Assembly (NCBI GenBank): GCA_963721805.1
Contig: CAVRJY010000001.1
Location: forward strand, 384,001-448,000
Length of the DNA: 64,000 nt
Origin: Nitrospirota bacterium
GTDB lineage: Bacteria > Nitrospirota > Thermodesulfovibrionia > Thermodesulfovibrionales > JdFR-86
Direction of reading: 5' to 3'
Translations under genes and position numbers: made by a program
Shown: piece after piece, positions 1 through 9,400 of the stretch
Numbering within the stretch: the stretch's first letter is position 1
Layout: each line of letters opens with the position of its first letter
Notes under the pieces: generated by a model
What the model saw: only the letters and a program-made list of their open reading frames with translations
Database searches by the model: none
What the model was told of the DNA's origin: nothing

Positions 1-2
1 GG

Positions 3-176
3 TCGGCGTTGGAGGTTTTGACGGAGATCGGCGAAAAGCAGCAGATAAGCCTTGATATCATCAGGGCGCTTATAGCCAGAAACAGAAAGTCCAAACCTGA
101 TTACAGGGACTTCGTGCTGTCGTCGTACAAGCGGGGGATCGAGCCGAAGGTTAATTCGTATGGGGTAGTTCAGTAG
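3..176 (+). CDS. 3' end of a hypothetical protein truncated by the window edge
   Basis: Open frame from base 3 (SALEVLTEIGEKQQ...YGVVQ) to TAG at 174-176. Confidence 0.55.
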   Translation, partial: SALEVLTEIGEKQQISLDIIRALIARNRKSKPDYRDFVLSSYKRGIEPKVNSYGVVQ

Positions 177-206
177 ATATTCATATTCTTTTTTGTTTCT
201 TTTTTG

Positions 207-405
207 AAAGCGCGCCCAAATCGCTTGATACTGCGTTGGGCTTCAAAGACTCGCCCTCCATGTACGTCTCAGTACACCATCGGGGTGCCACGGGCACCTC
301 TTTCCAAGGAGAGGGGCCAACCGGCCCCCCTTGCCTGAAGACGATTTGGGCGCGCTTTCGGGGGCACGGAAGAAGGTCGCCCCCCGCGCCCCGGTGGTCA
401 ACGGC
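207..405 (+). repeat. Long structured intergenic element, copy 1 (type A core with nested REP doublet)
   Basis: AAAGCGCGCCCAAATCG...CGATTTGGGCGCGCTTT hairpin, 3' GC hairpin and GGTCAACGGC end; closely similar to 20901-21099. Confidence 0.9.
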
Positions 406-414
406 ATTGATTGG

Positions 415-1143
415 TTATCGCGCGTGCGGATCAGCGCCTTTTGATATCAGAAACCGTGCGGTTTCAGCTGCTCCCATAGTCGATGCCAGCATCCAGGCGG
501 TTATCCCATAATCGTTCGAGGCATTTACATCAGCGCCATTTGAGAGGAGAGTTTCCGCAATCTCCGCATATGCCATTGAGGACGCCATCATTAATGCGGT
601 CGTGCCCGTTTTCGATTTTGTATTTACATCAGCGCCGCCTGATATGAGAGCCAATACGATGTCATGTTTCCCCATGCCGACCGCCATAAATAATGCGGTG
701 TTACCAACTCTATTCTTGGCTTCCAGATCAGTGCCTTTTGATATGAGGGCCTGGACAACTTCAGGATGCCCGGCAAAGCACGCCAAACTTAAAGATGTTT
801 CACCATCGCAATTCTTGGCATTCACGTCGGCACCATTTGATATAAGAGCCTGCATAATTGCGATGTCCCCAACCGCTGCTGCCAACATCAGGGCAGTTCC
901 ACCATCCGTGTCCGCGGCATTCACGTCAGCGCCGTTTTCTATCAGGATACGTACAACGTCAGGATGCTCCATGACTGATGCGCACATCAAGGCCGTCTTC
1001 CCGAAATTGTCGGCGGCATTCACGTCAGCGCCACTGGAAATAAACTTTTGTACGGTATCGGCAAGCCCATCCAGGGACGCGGCCATAAGGACAGTCTTGC
1101 CCAGATTGTTTCGGCCATTGACGCCCGTAACCGGTCCCTTCAT
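415..1143 (-). CDS. Ankyrin-repeat protein
   Basis: About 7 tandem G.TAL..A...G....V..LI..GADVNA repeats; lower GC than the core genes. Confidence 0.93.
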   Translation of the reverse strand: MKGPVTGVNGRNNLGKTVLMAASLDGLADTVQKFISSGADVNAADNFGKTALMCASVMEHPDVVRILIENGADVNAADTDGGTALMLAAAVGDIAIMQALISNGADVNAKNCDGETSLSLACFAGHPEVVQALISKGTDLEAKNRVGNTALFMAVGMGKHDIVLALISGGADVNTKSKTGTTALMMASSMAYAEIAETLLSNGADVNASNDYGITAWMLASTMGAAETARFLISKGADPHAR

Positions 1144-1151
1144 CGCGCCGC

Positions 1152-2759
1152 CTACTGCTTGAACAAATCTTTCTGCGTCGTCTTCGTTTCCTTGGCCGCC
1201 TGTTTGAAGGTCAGCCCCCCGGCCCCGAGGTCGGGATAGACCGGCCTCTCGGTCCCATCTAACAGACCCTGTATCGTAAGGATCTGGATCTTGGGGAAGC
1301 TCCGGCCAGTCAGCTCAGAGAGGTAATACCCGGCCTTCGTGGCCTCGACCTCCATGGGCTTGGTTTTTTCGGCGAGCGTGACGAACAGCCCTATCTGGGC
1401 CTTGTCGCGCTCGATCACGCCTACGAGGTCGCGCACCATAGCGACCGAGACGTTCTCGCCGCCCTTGACCGAGACTATGATCTTTCCGGTCGTCTTCTGG
1501 TCTTCATGGAAGTAGATGATCCCGTCGATGCCGCTGTCAGCGCCCTTCTTCTTGCCCTGATACGGGATAGCGCCGACGAGAGAGCAGGCCCACCATTGGA
1601 ACTGGTACTTGTCGCGCTCGGCGAGATTGCGCGCTCCGTCATAGTCCTTGGGCGTGCCGTGTATCTCGAACTTGATGCCGGGGAACGCGTCCTTCATCCG
1701 CTTCTCTATGAGCGAGATAGCGAGGTGCGTAACGTCTATGCCTATCCACTTGCGATTCAGCTTCTCGGCCGCGTGGATCGCGGTGCCGCATCCGCAGAAC
1801 GGATCGAGCACCACATCACCCTCGTTGGAAGAGGCCTTGAGGATGCGCTCAAGCAGGGCAAGGGGTTTTTGGGTTGGATAGCCAAGGCGCTCTTGTGCCT
1901 GTGAGTTTATAAAGGGTATGTCATCCCAAATTGTCGTGACAGTAGTGCCTTTCATCTCATCTAGATACCGCTTATATCTTGGCATCCCTGAACTTGTATA
2001 AACCAAGCGGCCCTCGTCATGATTATGCTGCATTCTCTCTTTAGTCCAACGCCAAACTTTCATTATTCCATTCCATTCGTATGTCAAGTTAGGACGATTT
2101 TTGTTTGGATTTGTGCAATCGCTTAAAGTGTATCGTCTGCCTGATTCTGGATCGACATTAGAATAGTGGCTATCCAAATAGTCGGTATCATAAGAAGAAA
2201 ACTGAGTATTCCATATCGTATTACTGCTTTTTGAGTAAAACAGAATTACATCATGAGTAGAAGGAAAGCGAGTAAAGGCGTGCCCTTTGGGGTCTGAGCG
2301 TTTCCATATTATCTCATTTCTGAAATTCTCTTTCCCAAACACACCGTCCAGCACGATCTTGAGGTAATGGCTTGCGGTGGGGTCGCAGTGGAGATAAAGG
2401 CTTCCGGTAGGCTTGAGCACGCGGTGGAGTTCGATCAGGCGGTTAGCCATCATGGTAAGGTAGGCCATCATGTCGTTTTCGCCGAGGAAGCGGCGCAGGG
2501 CCTGAATCATCTCGGCGACATTGGTGTTGCGGCCATGGATGATCTGGGCGAACTCGGCCTCGGCCTGATGGCCCCAGTGCCACGTGTCCTCGAAGGCCTC
2601 TATCTGGGCATGGCTCTCGTGGCCCTTGGGGGACTTAAACAGGACGTTGTAGGTGGCCGAGCTGTTAAACGGCGGGTCGAGGTATACGAGGTCGACGGAC
2701 TCGTCCTTTATCTCGTCCCGGAGCACTTGGAGGTTGTCGCCGAAATATAGCGCGTTCAT
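1152..2759 (-). CDS. Beta-class N6/N4 DNA methyltransferase fused to a C-terminal Mrr-like PD-(D/E)xK domain
   Basis: DPPF catalytic motif precedes DPFCGCGT SAM-binding motif; YPTQKP; C-terminal ADSGIDG...VSVKGG. Confidence 0.9.
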   Translation of the reverse strand: MNALYFGDNLQVLRDEIKDESVDLVYLDPPFNSSATYNVLFKSPKGHESHAQIEAFEDTWHWGHQAEAEFAQIIHGRNTNVAEMIQALRRFLGENDMMAYLTMMANRLIELHRVLKPTGSLYLHCDPTASHYLKIVLDGVFGKENFRNEIIWKRSDPKGHAFTRFPSTHDVILFYSKSSNTIWNTQFSSYDTDYLDSHYSNVDPESGRRYTLSDCTNPNKNRPNLTYEWNGIMKVWRWTKERMQHNHDEGRLVYTSSGMPRYKRYLDEMKGTTVTTIWDDIPFINSQAQERLGYPTQKPLALLERILKASSNEGDVVLDPFCGCGTAIHAAEKLNRKWIGIDVTHLAISLIEKRMKDAFPGIKFEIHGTPKDYDGARNLAERDKYQFQWWACSLVGAIPYQGKKKGADSGIDGIIYFHEDQKTTGKIIVSVKGGENVSVAMVRDLVGVIERDKAQIGLFVTLAEKTKPMEVEATKAGYYLSELTGRSFPKIQILTIQGLLDGTERPVYPDLGAGGLTFKQAAKETKTTQKDLFKQ

Positions 2760-3254
2760 CGTGGGGATATGTTAACGCAACTTGAAGCAGGGTTGCCAAT
2801 ATATTTTCATTGAACTGGCACGGTTTCCCCTTATCATTAACCGCTGTTTATAAATATTTTCGAGGGCCGCACTTTTTTACAAACCTCTGTTATTAATATA
2901 AACCGTAGTTGGATCGACATTTGCGCCGGGGTATGCTTCAATACGTGATGATGCTCGGATGGGTATTTTTGAGAGCGCGGAAAGGGCGGCCGGAGCCGAT
3001 GGGATACGCGGAAAACGTTTCTGAACGCCTGAACACGGGGGTCGAGAAAAAGCGATGAATTCCGCTGTGTTAGATCATGTTTTCTTCGTTCATTTGAACG
3101 CTCTAAAAAAATACGCGCGGCCGTGCGCAGTAAGTACATATATAACTAAGCCGTTGACCGCTCTAATCATGCCGTTGACCTTGGGGGCGCGGGGGGCGAC
3201 CTTTTTCCGTGCCCCCCGAAAGCGCGGCCAAATCGGCTTCAGACAAGGCAGGGC

Positions 3255-4349
3255 CGCGGATTGTAATGTGAAGTGCAACACCTGTGAAAGAAAAAGCCCA
3301 TCGTCATCCTGTTCTGTTAGAGTCAAGTACCAACCAGACGAAACAGAGAGGGAGGGACGATGGGCTACAGTCATTTTAGCATTGATGAGCGGGAGGGCAT
3401 CGCAAGGATGCGTTATGCGGGGGTGAGCATACGTGAGATCGGGCGCCAGCTTGGCCGCTCGCCATCGAGCGTGAGCCGGGAGCTGCGGCGCAACACGAAG
3501 AAGTCTTTCTATGGCGCGCACGCCGCAACCGTGCTCTATGTCCGCCGAAGGCATTTTGCGAGCAGACGCCTGAAGCGCTGGCCGGACGGCCTGATCGGCT
3601 ATGCGATGGCGGGACTTTGCAGGCGTTGGTCGCCGGAGCAGGTGTCGGGCCGCCTTAAGCTTGACCATCCACATAGCACAGAGATGCGGATATCCTTTGC
3701 CACGCTATACAGATGGATACGGCAGGACAGGGCGATGGGGGGCTCGATGCATCGCATGCTGAGGCGTAAGGGAAGGAGCTACAGAAAAGCCCGGGGGCCT
3801 GAGACCAGGGGCCGGTTCAATGGGGCGTTGAGCATCAGGCAGCGCCCCGAGATCGTGGTCCGGAAGGGACGCTTCGGGGATTGGGAGGCGGATACCGTCT
3901 ACGGGTTCGACGGGAAAACGTGCATCGCAACGTTTAACGAGCGCAAGAGCCTCTACCTTATATCGAGGAAGATGCCGAGGCCCGGCTCGGAGGCGTTGAG
4001 GGAGGCCGCCGTATCGGCGCTGGGAGGCCTGCGGCAGGGCATGCGTATGACCATGACCGTGGACAGGGGCAGCGAGTTTGCATGCTACAGGGACTTAAAA
4101 TACATGATGGGGATCGACGTATACTTCGCCGACCCCTATTGCTCATGGCAGCGCGGCCAGAACGAAAACCTCAACGGGCTGCTGCGGCAGTACTTTCCGA
4201 AGGGGATCGACTTCAACACAGTAACGCAGGAGCAGCTGGATCGCGTCGTTGATGAGATTAACAACAGACCAAGAAAAACGCTGGACTACAGGGCACCCGC
4301 CGAGGTTGCGGCAAATGCGCGCCTGTTGCACTTGGCTTGACAATCCACT
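3255..4349 (+). mobile_element. IS30-family insertion sequence (1095 bp)
   Basis: 26-bp imperfect terminal inverted repeats (CGCGGATTGTAATGTGAAGTGCAACA vs revcomp AGTGGATTGTCAAGCCAAGTGCAACA, 20/26); 2-bp GC target duplication at 3253-3254 and 4350-4351. Confidence 0.93.
3360..4340 (+). CDS. IS30-family DDE transposase
   Basis: N-terminal HTH (SIREIGRQLGRSPSSVSRELRRN), WSPEQ, GDWEADTV, TVDRGSEF, QRGQNENLNGLLRQYFPKG. Confidence 0.96.
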   Translation: MGYSHFSIDEREGIARMRYAGVSIREIGRQLGRSPSSVSRELRRNTKKSFYGAHAATVLYVRRRHFASRRLKRWPDGLIGYAMAGLCRRWSPEQVSGRLKLDHPHSTEMRISFATLYRWIRQDRAMGGSMHRMLRRKGRSYRKARGPETRGRFNGALSIRQRPEIVVRKGRFGDWEADTVYGFDGKTCIATFNERKSLYLISRKMPRPGSEALREAAVSALGGLRQGMRMTMTVDRGSEFACYRDLKYMMGIDVYFADPYCSWQRGQNENLNGLLRQYFPKGIDFNTVTQEQLDRVVDEINNRPRKTLDYRAPAEVAANARLLHLA

Positions 4350-4449
4350 GCGAGAAGACCGCCCGATGGTGTACTGTGACGTACATAGAGGGCGAGTCTT
4401 CGATGCCCAACGACGTATCAAGCGATTTGGAGCGCTTTGAAAAGGGGAG

Positions 4450-6306
4450 TTATTTGCGCGAAAGTTTCAGGTTGTCGGGGAAGGTGATGGTAAACGCCGC
4501 CCCCCCCTTGTCTTCGATCGAGAAAGTGCCCCTGAGCTGTTCGGCCAGTATCTCGACGAGCTTCAGCCCGAGCCCCCCGGCCCTCACTCGCCCGAAGCCC
4601 TCCGGCAGCCCGTTTCCGTTGTCCGCGACCGTCACCGAGATCATCTCCTCAGAGGTCCGTCGGATCTCGACCGAGACCTCGCGCTGGTGCTCGACGCCCT
4701 CGAAGGCGTACTTGAAGGCGTTCGTCAGGAGTTCGTTTATCAGCAGCCCGCACGGTATCAGGAGGTCGATGTCGAGGTCTATCTGCTCGACCTCGACGCT
4801 GGTGCGGACCATGCTGCGGGGGCCGAAGGTCGCCTTGACGTTCCGCACGAGCGCCGAGACGTAGTCCTGGAGGTCTATGCGGGTGAAGTCCGCGCTCTGG
4901 TAGAGCCTCTCGTGCACGAGCGCCATCGAGCGGATGCGGCTCTGGCTCTCGCGAAACATCGTCCGGTCGTTTTCGTCCTTGACGTACGAGGCCTGCAGCT
5001 TCAGGAGCGAGGAGATGATGGCCATGTTGTTCTTGACCCGGTGGTGGATCTCCCGGAGCAGGACCTCCTTCTCCCTTAGAGAGCCGAGGATCGCGCCCTC
5101 GGCCGTGACCTTCATGATCGCGAGCGCGAAGACGTCCGCGACGCGCTCGATGGCCGAGAGCGCCTCGGGCGTGAAGCCCTCATGTGCGTTGGCGAGCGCT
5201 ATCTGCCCGATCAGCTCGCCGCCGTGCAGGACAGGCACCGAGAGGAAGCTTTGGATCGCAACGTGGCCCTCGGGCAGGCGGCCGGAGGAGCCCTCGTGGC
5301 CTGCCGCGTCGTTCGTGAAGAGCGATTTTTTCGTGTTGAGGACATGGCCCCAGAGGCCGGGGAACCTGCCCTCGGCGTCGGGGCTGAACGCGTACCTGCG
5401 GTCGCCGGACTCCGGGATGCCGGACAGCATCTTCTCCAGCGTGTAGGCGACGTTCTGCCCCGTGCGCCTGTCGATGACCGATACGAAGCCGTGGCCGGCC
5501 CCGGCCAGCAGCTTTGCGTGCAAGAGCGTGGCCTCCGATACCTCGCCAAGCGTGGTCTCGCCGAGGCAGGCCCTGGAGAGCTCGCTCAGGGCGCGGTTGA
5601 TCGCGAGTTCGCGCTCGAGGTGCGAGAAGGTGCGCGATACGCTCTCCGACAGAGAGTTGATCGTCGAGCAGAGCACGTCAAGCTCGTCGCCCTCGGCCGA
5701 GTGCTTCCGCTTGAGGTCGATGCAGGTGATCCCGTGGCCGTCCTCGTCCCTGCCGGTGAGCTGGCCGGCCATGCGCTCCAGCGGCGAGGTGACGTTTCGC
5801 TTTATCACCATGAAGCAGAACAGCGAAATGCCGAAGATCAGGAGCGCCTGAAACGCCACGCGGTACTTGGCGTGCTCCCATATCCTGGCCGGGCTGAACA
5901 TCTCCAGATTCGCGTCGACCCTGAGCGTGCCGAGGTTGATCTCCCTGCCGTCGTGGAGGAAATAGATCGGGTACTCGCGCGATTTAAGCGCCGAGGCGTG
6001 GCCCTCGGTGGCCTCGACGAGCTTCCTGCCGTCGACGTATACCGCTGCCCCGGTGAGGTTTGTATTGTGGACTATGCCCTCGAGCTGCGATTTCAGAAGG
6101 TCGGTGTCCATGACCCAGAGGCTAAGGGCGATAGAGGGCAGGTTTTGGTCCTGCACCCGCTGCAGCAGCCTGTCGATGGTCCCGGCCTCCTCACGGTAGT
6201 TGATATAGAGCTGCAGGGCCGAGACGAGCAGGGTCGCGGCGAGGCTGAAGGTGAATATCTTCAGCAGGAGCCTGTAGGCTATCGAGCGGGTGTTTATGCG
6301 CATCAT
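4450..6306 (-). CDS. Membrane sensor histidine kinase (HAMP, GAF, HisKA_2-type)
   Basis: [10 protein letters not shown]-box, [19 protein letters not shown]; two TM segments; start set at MMRINT overlapping the upstream stop. Confidence 0.88.
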   Translation of the reverse strand: MMRINTRSIAYRLLLKIFTFSLAATLLVSALQLYINYREEAGTIDRLLQRVQDQNLPSIALSLWVMDTDLLKSQLEGIVHNTNLTGAAVYVDGRKLVEATEGHASALKSREYPIYFLHDGREINLGTLRVDANLEMFSPARIWEHAKYRVAFQALLIFGISLFCFMVIKRNVTSPLERMAGQLTGRDEDGHGITCIDLKRKHSAEGDELDVLCSTINSLSESVSRTFSHLERELAINRALSELSRACLGETTLGEVSEATLLHAKLLAGAGHGFVSVIDRRTGQNVAYTLEKMLSGIPESGDRRYAFSPDAEGRFPGLWGHVLNTKKSLFTNDAAGHEGSSGRLPEGHVAIQSFLSVPVLHGGELIGQIALANAHEGFTPEALSAIERVADVFALAIMKVTAEGAILGSLREKEVLLREIHHRVKNNMAIISSLLKLQASYVKDENDRTMFRESQSRIRSMALVHERLYQSADFTRIDLQDYVSALVRNVKATFGPRSMVRTSVEVEQIDLDIDLLIPCGLLINELLTNAFKYAFEGVEHQREVSVEIRRTSEEMISVTVADNGNGLPEGFGRVRAGGLGLKLVEILAEQLRGTFSIEDKGGAAFTITFPDNLKLSRK

Positions 6307-7046
6307 TCGGCCTTGATCGCCCCGGCGAGGATGCGCCGGTATGTGCCGTCTTTTTTCATCTGCCTGATCGCCCCGGCTATCCGGGGGACGAGCGCGGCGT
6401 GCCTCTTGTTGAGGTACAGATACATATCCCGCGTCTCGATCGGGGGCTCGTATATGTGCAGGCCGGTATACCCGTTTTTGCGGATCAGGTACTCGGCCTG
6501 CCTCCTGTCGTATACGATCACGTCCACCCTGCCCGTGACGAGGAGCCTGAATAGCAGCGGGTCGTCCGAGACTTTTGTAATGGACTTGGCCTTCTTGAGG
6601 TTGACCTCGGGCAGCTGCCAGCCCCTGATGAATGCGACGTCGTATGGCTCGAGCGAGGCCCACCCGCTGATCGGCAGGTCCGCCTGCCTTGAGACCGCGA
6701 CGAACTCGAAGGCCGTTACCGGCTCCGGGACCATGACGAGGTTCGGGTATGACATCTGCATGCCCGCGATGCGCGCGTAGATGCCGTCATCGATCCCCTT
6801 GTCGACGTTAATCAACGCGCGCTCCGAGGGCAGCGACACCAGCCTCACGCCGATGCCCAGCCTCCGGCACGCCTCGGCGACGGTCCTGTCGGCGATGCCG
6901 GCGTGCGATTGCGTTGAGTTCGGCGGGTCGTTCGCAGTGTTTATGGTCAGCGTCCCGGCCGCGGCCGCAAGCGGGGCCGCGAGCAGCAGCGATACGCAGA
7001 TCAGACATGGCAAGAAGCGCTGTCGCAACTGTTCCCCCCTCCCCAC
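6303..7046 (-). CDS. Periplasmic substrate-binding protein (family 3-like), start uncertain
   Basis: Signal peptide, LPSERAL, GRVDV, C-terminal MKKDGTY; translationally coupled to the kinase. Confidence 0.8.
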   Translation of the reverse strand: MGRGEQLRQRFLPCLICVSLLLAAPLAAAAGTLTINTANDPPNSTQSHAGIADRTVAEACRRLGIGVRLVSLPSERALINVDKGIDDGIYARIAGMQMSYPNLVMVPEPVTAFEFVAVSRQADLPISGWASLEPYDVAFIRGWQLPEVNLKKAKSITKVSDDPLLFRLLVTGRVDVIVYDRRQAEYLIRKNGYTGLHIYEPPIETRDMYLYLNKRHAALVPRIAGAIRQMKKDGTYRRILAGAIKAE

Positions 7047-7160
7047 GCAGATGCCCGACCATGATTCGGCAAGTCCTTCCTATTGTATATGGGGGCAGCG
7101 CTCACTTTCAATCAATGCCGTTGACCCCAAGGGATCGGATTTCTGCTAATATACTTTGTT

Positions 7161-7928
7161 ATGCGGACGTTGGTGGTGCTACCTACATATAATGAGGTCG
7201 AGAACTTGCCGGTGGTGCTCGAAAAGCTCCTCGCCATGGACATCTGCGACGTCCTGGTCGTCGACGACAATTCCACCGACGGCACGCGCGACGTCGCCCG
7301 CCGGTGGATGGAGCGCTCAAGGCGCGTGCACATGCTCGAGAGGCCGGGGAAGCTCGGGCTCGGCACCGCGTACATAGCCGGATTCAAGTGGGGGCTCGAG
7401 CGCGACTACGGCGTCATGGTCGAGATGGACTCGGACCTCTCGCACAGGCCGGAGGACCTGCCGCGCTTCCTCGCCGAGGTCCACGGCAACGTGGGGCTCG
7501 TGATCGGCTCGCGGTACGTGGGCGGGATCATCAGCGTGGTCGGCTGGAACTTCAAGCGGCTGCTGCTTTCGAGGTTCGGCAACTTCTACGCGGCGTATCT
7601 GCTGAAGTCCCCGCTTTCGGACATGACGAGCGGGTTTCGCGCTTACAGCCGCGAGGCGCTGATGCTGCTGGACCTCGACGCGATACGCTCCGAGGGCTAC
7701 GCGTTTCAGATCGAGATGGCGTACTACGTCTGGCGCAGCGGCCTGCGCGTGATAGAGATACCGATAGTGTTCACCGAGCGTCTCAGGGGCGTGTCGAAGA
7801 TGCACGGAGCGATTGTGAGCGAGGCCATCCGGCTCCCGTGGCGCATCAGGGCGCTGGAGCTGTTCGGCCTGAACCCGGGCGGCAGGGTCCGCCGCAACAA
7901 GACAGGGAGGGCCGATGGCTCCGGCTGA
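7161..7928 (+). CDS. Polyprenol-phosphate mannose synthase-like GT2 (Dpm1/Ppm1 family)
   Basis: PTYNE, DDNSTDGT, KLGLGTAY, MDSDLSH, SGFRAY, GYAFQIEM. Confidence 0.9.
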   Translation: MRTLVVLPTYNEVENLPVVLEKLLAMDICDVLVVDDNSTDGTRDVARRWMERSRRVHMLERPGKLGLGTAYIAGFKWGLERDYGVMVEMDSDLSHRPEDLPRFLAEVHGNVGLVIGSRYVGGIISVVGWNFKRLLLSRFGNFYAAYLLKSPLSDMTSGFRAYSREALMLLDLDAIRSEGYAFQIEMAYYVWRSGLRVIEIPIVFTERLRGVSKMHGAIVSEAIRLPWRIRALELFGLNPGGRVRRNKTGRADGSG

Positions 7929-9375
7929 GGCAGAAGGGCTTTCTGGTATCTACGTGGTCATCATGGCCGGAGGGAAGGGGACCCGCTTTTGGCCCCTCAG
8001 CCGCGAGACGTTCCCGAAGCAGTTTCTGAAGATCGTCGGGGAGCGCACGCTCCTTCAAGACACCATACACCGTCTGGGCGAGGAGGTCTCGCCCTCGCGG
8101 ATCACCTTCGTGACGACCGCCGCGCAGCGCGACCTCGTCAGCTGGCAGGTGCGCGACCAGATAGGCGAGGCCGAGGTCATAGTGGAGCCCGAGGGCCGCA
8201 ACACCGCCCCGGCCATAGCGCTCGCGACCTATAAGATCTTCAAGCGCGACCGCCGGGCGATGATACTCGTGCTGCCCTCCGACCACCATATCGCCGAGCC
8301 CGGGAAGTTCCGCGATACGATGAGGGAGGCTATCCCGGTCGCGGCCAAGGGCAGGCTCGTCACCTTTGGGGTGGTCCCGTCAAGGGCCGAGACCGCATAC
8401 GGCTATATCAAGCGCGGCAAGCCCCTGGGCCCCGGGGGCGCGTATCTGGTCGAGAGGTTCGTCGAGAAGCCCGACCACAAGACCGCGGCGCAGTACCTCA
8501 AGGACGGCTCGTATTACTGGAACGCCGGGATGTTCCTGTTCCGGGCCAAGGACATGATAGAGGAGTTCGCGGCCCACATGCCGGAGCTCCACAAGGCGAT
8601 GAGCGCACTCTCGAAGTCCTTTGACACCGACGGCGAGACCGAGGCGCTCAAGAAGGCCTACCCGAAGCTGCCCGAGGACTCCATAGACTACGGCGTGATG
8701 GAGAAGTCCACGCGCGTCGCGGTCGTCGAGGCAGGGTTCGCGTGGTCTGACATCGGGAGCTGGAACGCGCTTGAAGACGTGCTGGAACGCGACGCGGCCG
8801 GAAACGTCAAGATCGGCAACGTGACAGAGATGGGCTGCGAGGGATCGATATTCTTCGCTGGCGGAAAGCTGATCGCGGCCATCGGGCTTAAGGACACCGT
8901 AGTGGTCGACACCGTCGACGCCACGCTGATCGCGCCCAAGGACAAGGTCCAGCAGGTCAAGGAGCTGGTCGGCCTGCTCAAGAAGGAAGGCAAGGGCGAA
9001 TACCTTTCACCCGCCATCGAGGAGAGGCCCTGGGGGTATTTCTCGGTGCTCGAGCACGGCTCTTCCTACAAGATCAAGCACATATACGTCAAGCCCAAGT
9101 GCAAGCTGAGCCTCCAGATGCACAACCACCGGAGCGAGCACTGGATAGTAGTGGCCGGCTCGGCCCTGGTGCAGCGCGGCGAGGAGACGTTCTTCGTGCA
9201 CCGAAACGAGAGCACCTACATACCGCCCACGGTCAGGCACCGGCTCGAGAATACCGGCATGATACCGCTGCGGATCATCGAGATACAGAGCGGCGAGTAC
9301 CTGGGCGAGGACGACATAATGCGGTTCGACGACTCCTACGGCAGGCTGCCACAGGCCGGGGAGAAGGAAAAATGA
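7915..9375 (+). CDS. manC: Mannose-1-phosphate guanylyltransferase / mannose-6-phosphate isomerase
   Basis: MAGGKGTRFWPLSR, FVEKP, SIDYGVME, WSDIGSW, C-terminal cupin SLQMHNHRSEHW. Confidence 0.93.
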   Translation: MAPAEAEGLSGIYVVIMAGGKGTRFWPLSRETFPKQFLKIVGERTLLQDTIHRLGEEVSPSRITFVTTAAQRDLVSWQVRDQIGEAEVIVEPEGRNTAPAIALATYKIFKRDRRAMILVLPSDHHIAEPGKFRDTMREAIPVAAKGRLVTFGVVPSRAETAYGYIKRGKPLGPGGAYLVERFVEKPDHKTAAQYLKDGSYYWNAGMFLFRAKDMIEEFAAHMPELHKAMSALSKSFDTDGETEALKKAYPKLPEDSIDYGVMEKSTRVAVVEAGFAWSDIGSWNALEDVLERDAAGNVKIGNVTEMGCEGSIFFAGGKLIAAIGLKDTVVVDTVDATLIAPKDKVQQVKELVGLLKKEGKGEYLSPAIEERPWGYFSVLEHGSSYKIKHIYVKPKCKLSLQMHNHRSEHWIVVAGSALVQRGEETFFVHRNESTYIPPTVRHRLENTGMIPLRIIEIQSGEYLGEDDIMRFDDSYGRLPQAGEKEK

Positions 9376-9400
9376 CCGGCGGGATGATATAATACCCGTT

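Larger units (their letters stand above)
3171..4438 (-). repeat. Long structured element, copy 2, split by an IS30 insertion
   Basis: 3171-3254 and 4350-4438 rejoin into a complete type A element; an extra GCCGTTGACC end lies at 3150-3159. Confidence 0.9.

Noticed and set aside
236..511. ORFs with similar peptides at 236, 4337, 20874, 26062, 32037, 34080 and 43768
   Set aside because: They are translations of the repeat element in different frames and strands, not a conserved protein family
2816..2831. Sigma54 promoter TGGCACGG
   Set aside because: No TTGC at -12 and no downstream co-oriented gene
5182..6780. Long antisense ORFs (also 10175-11326, 36333-37364, 38290-39480, 56736-57953)
   Set aside because: Shadow frames of well-supported genes in high-GC DNA
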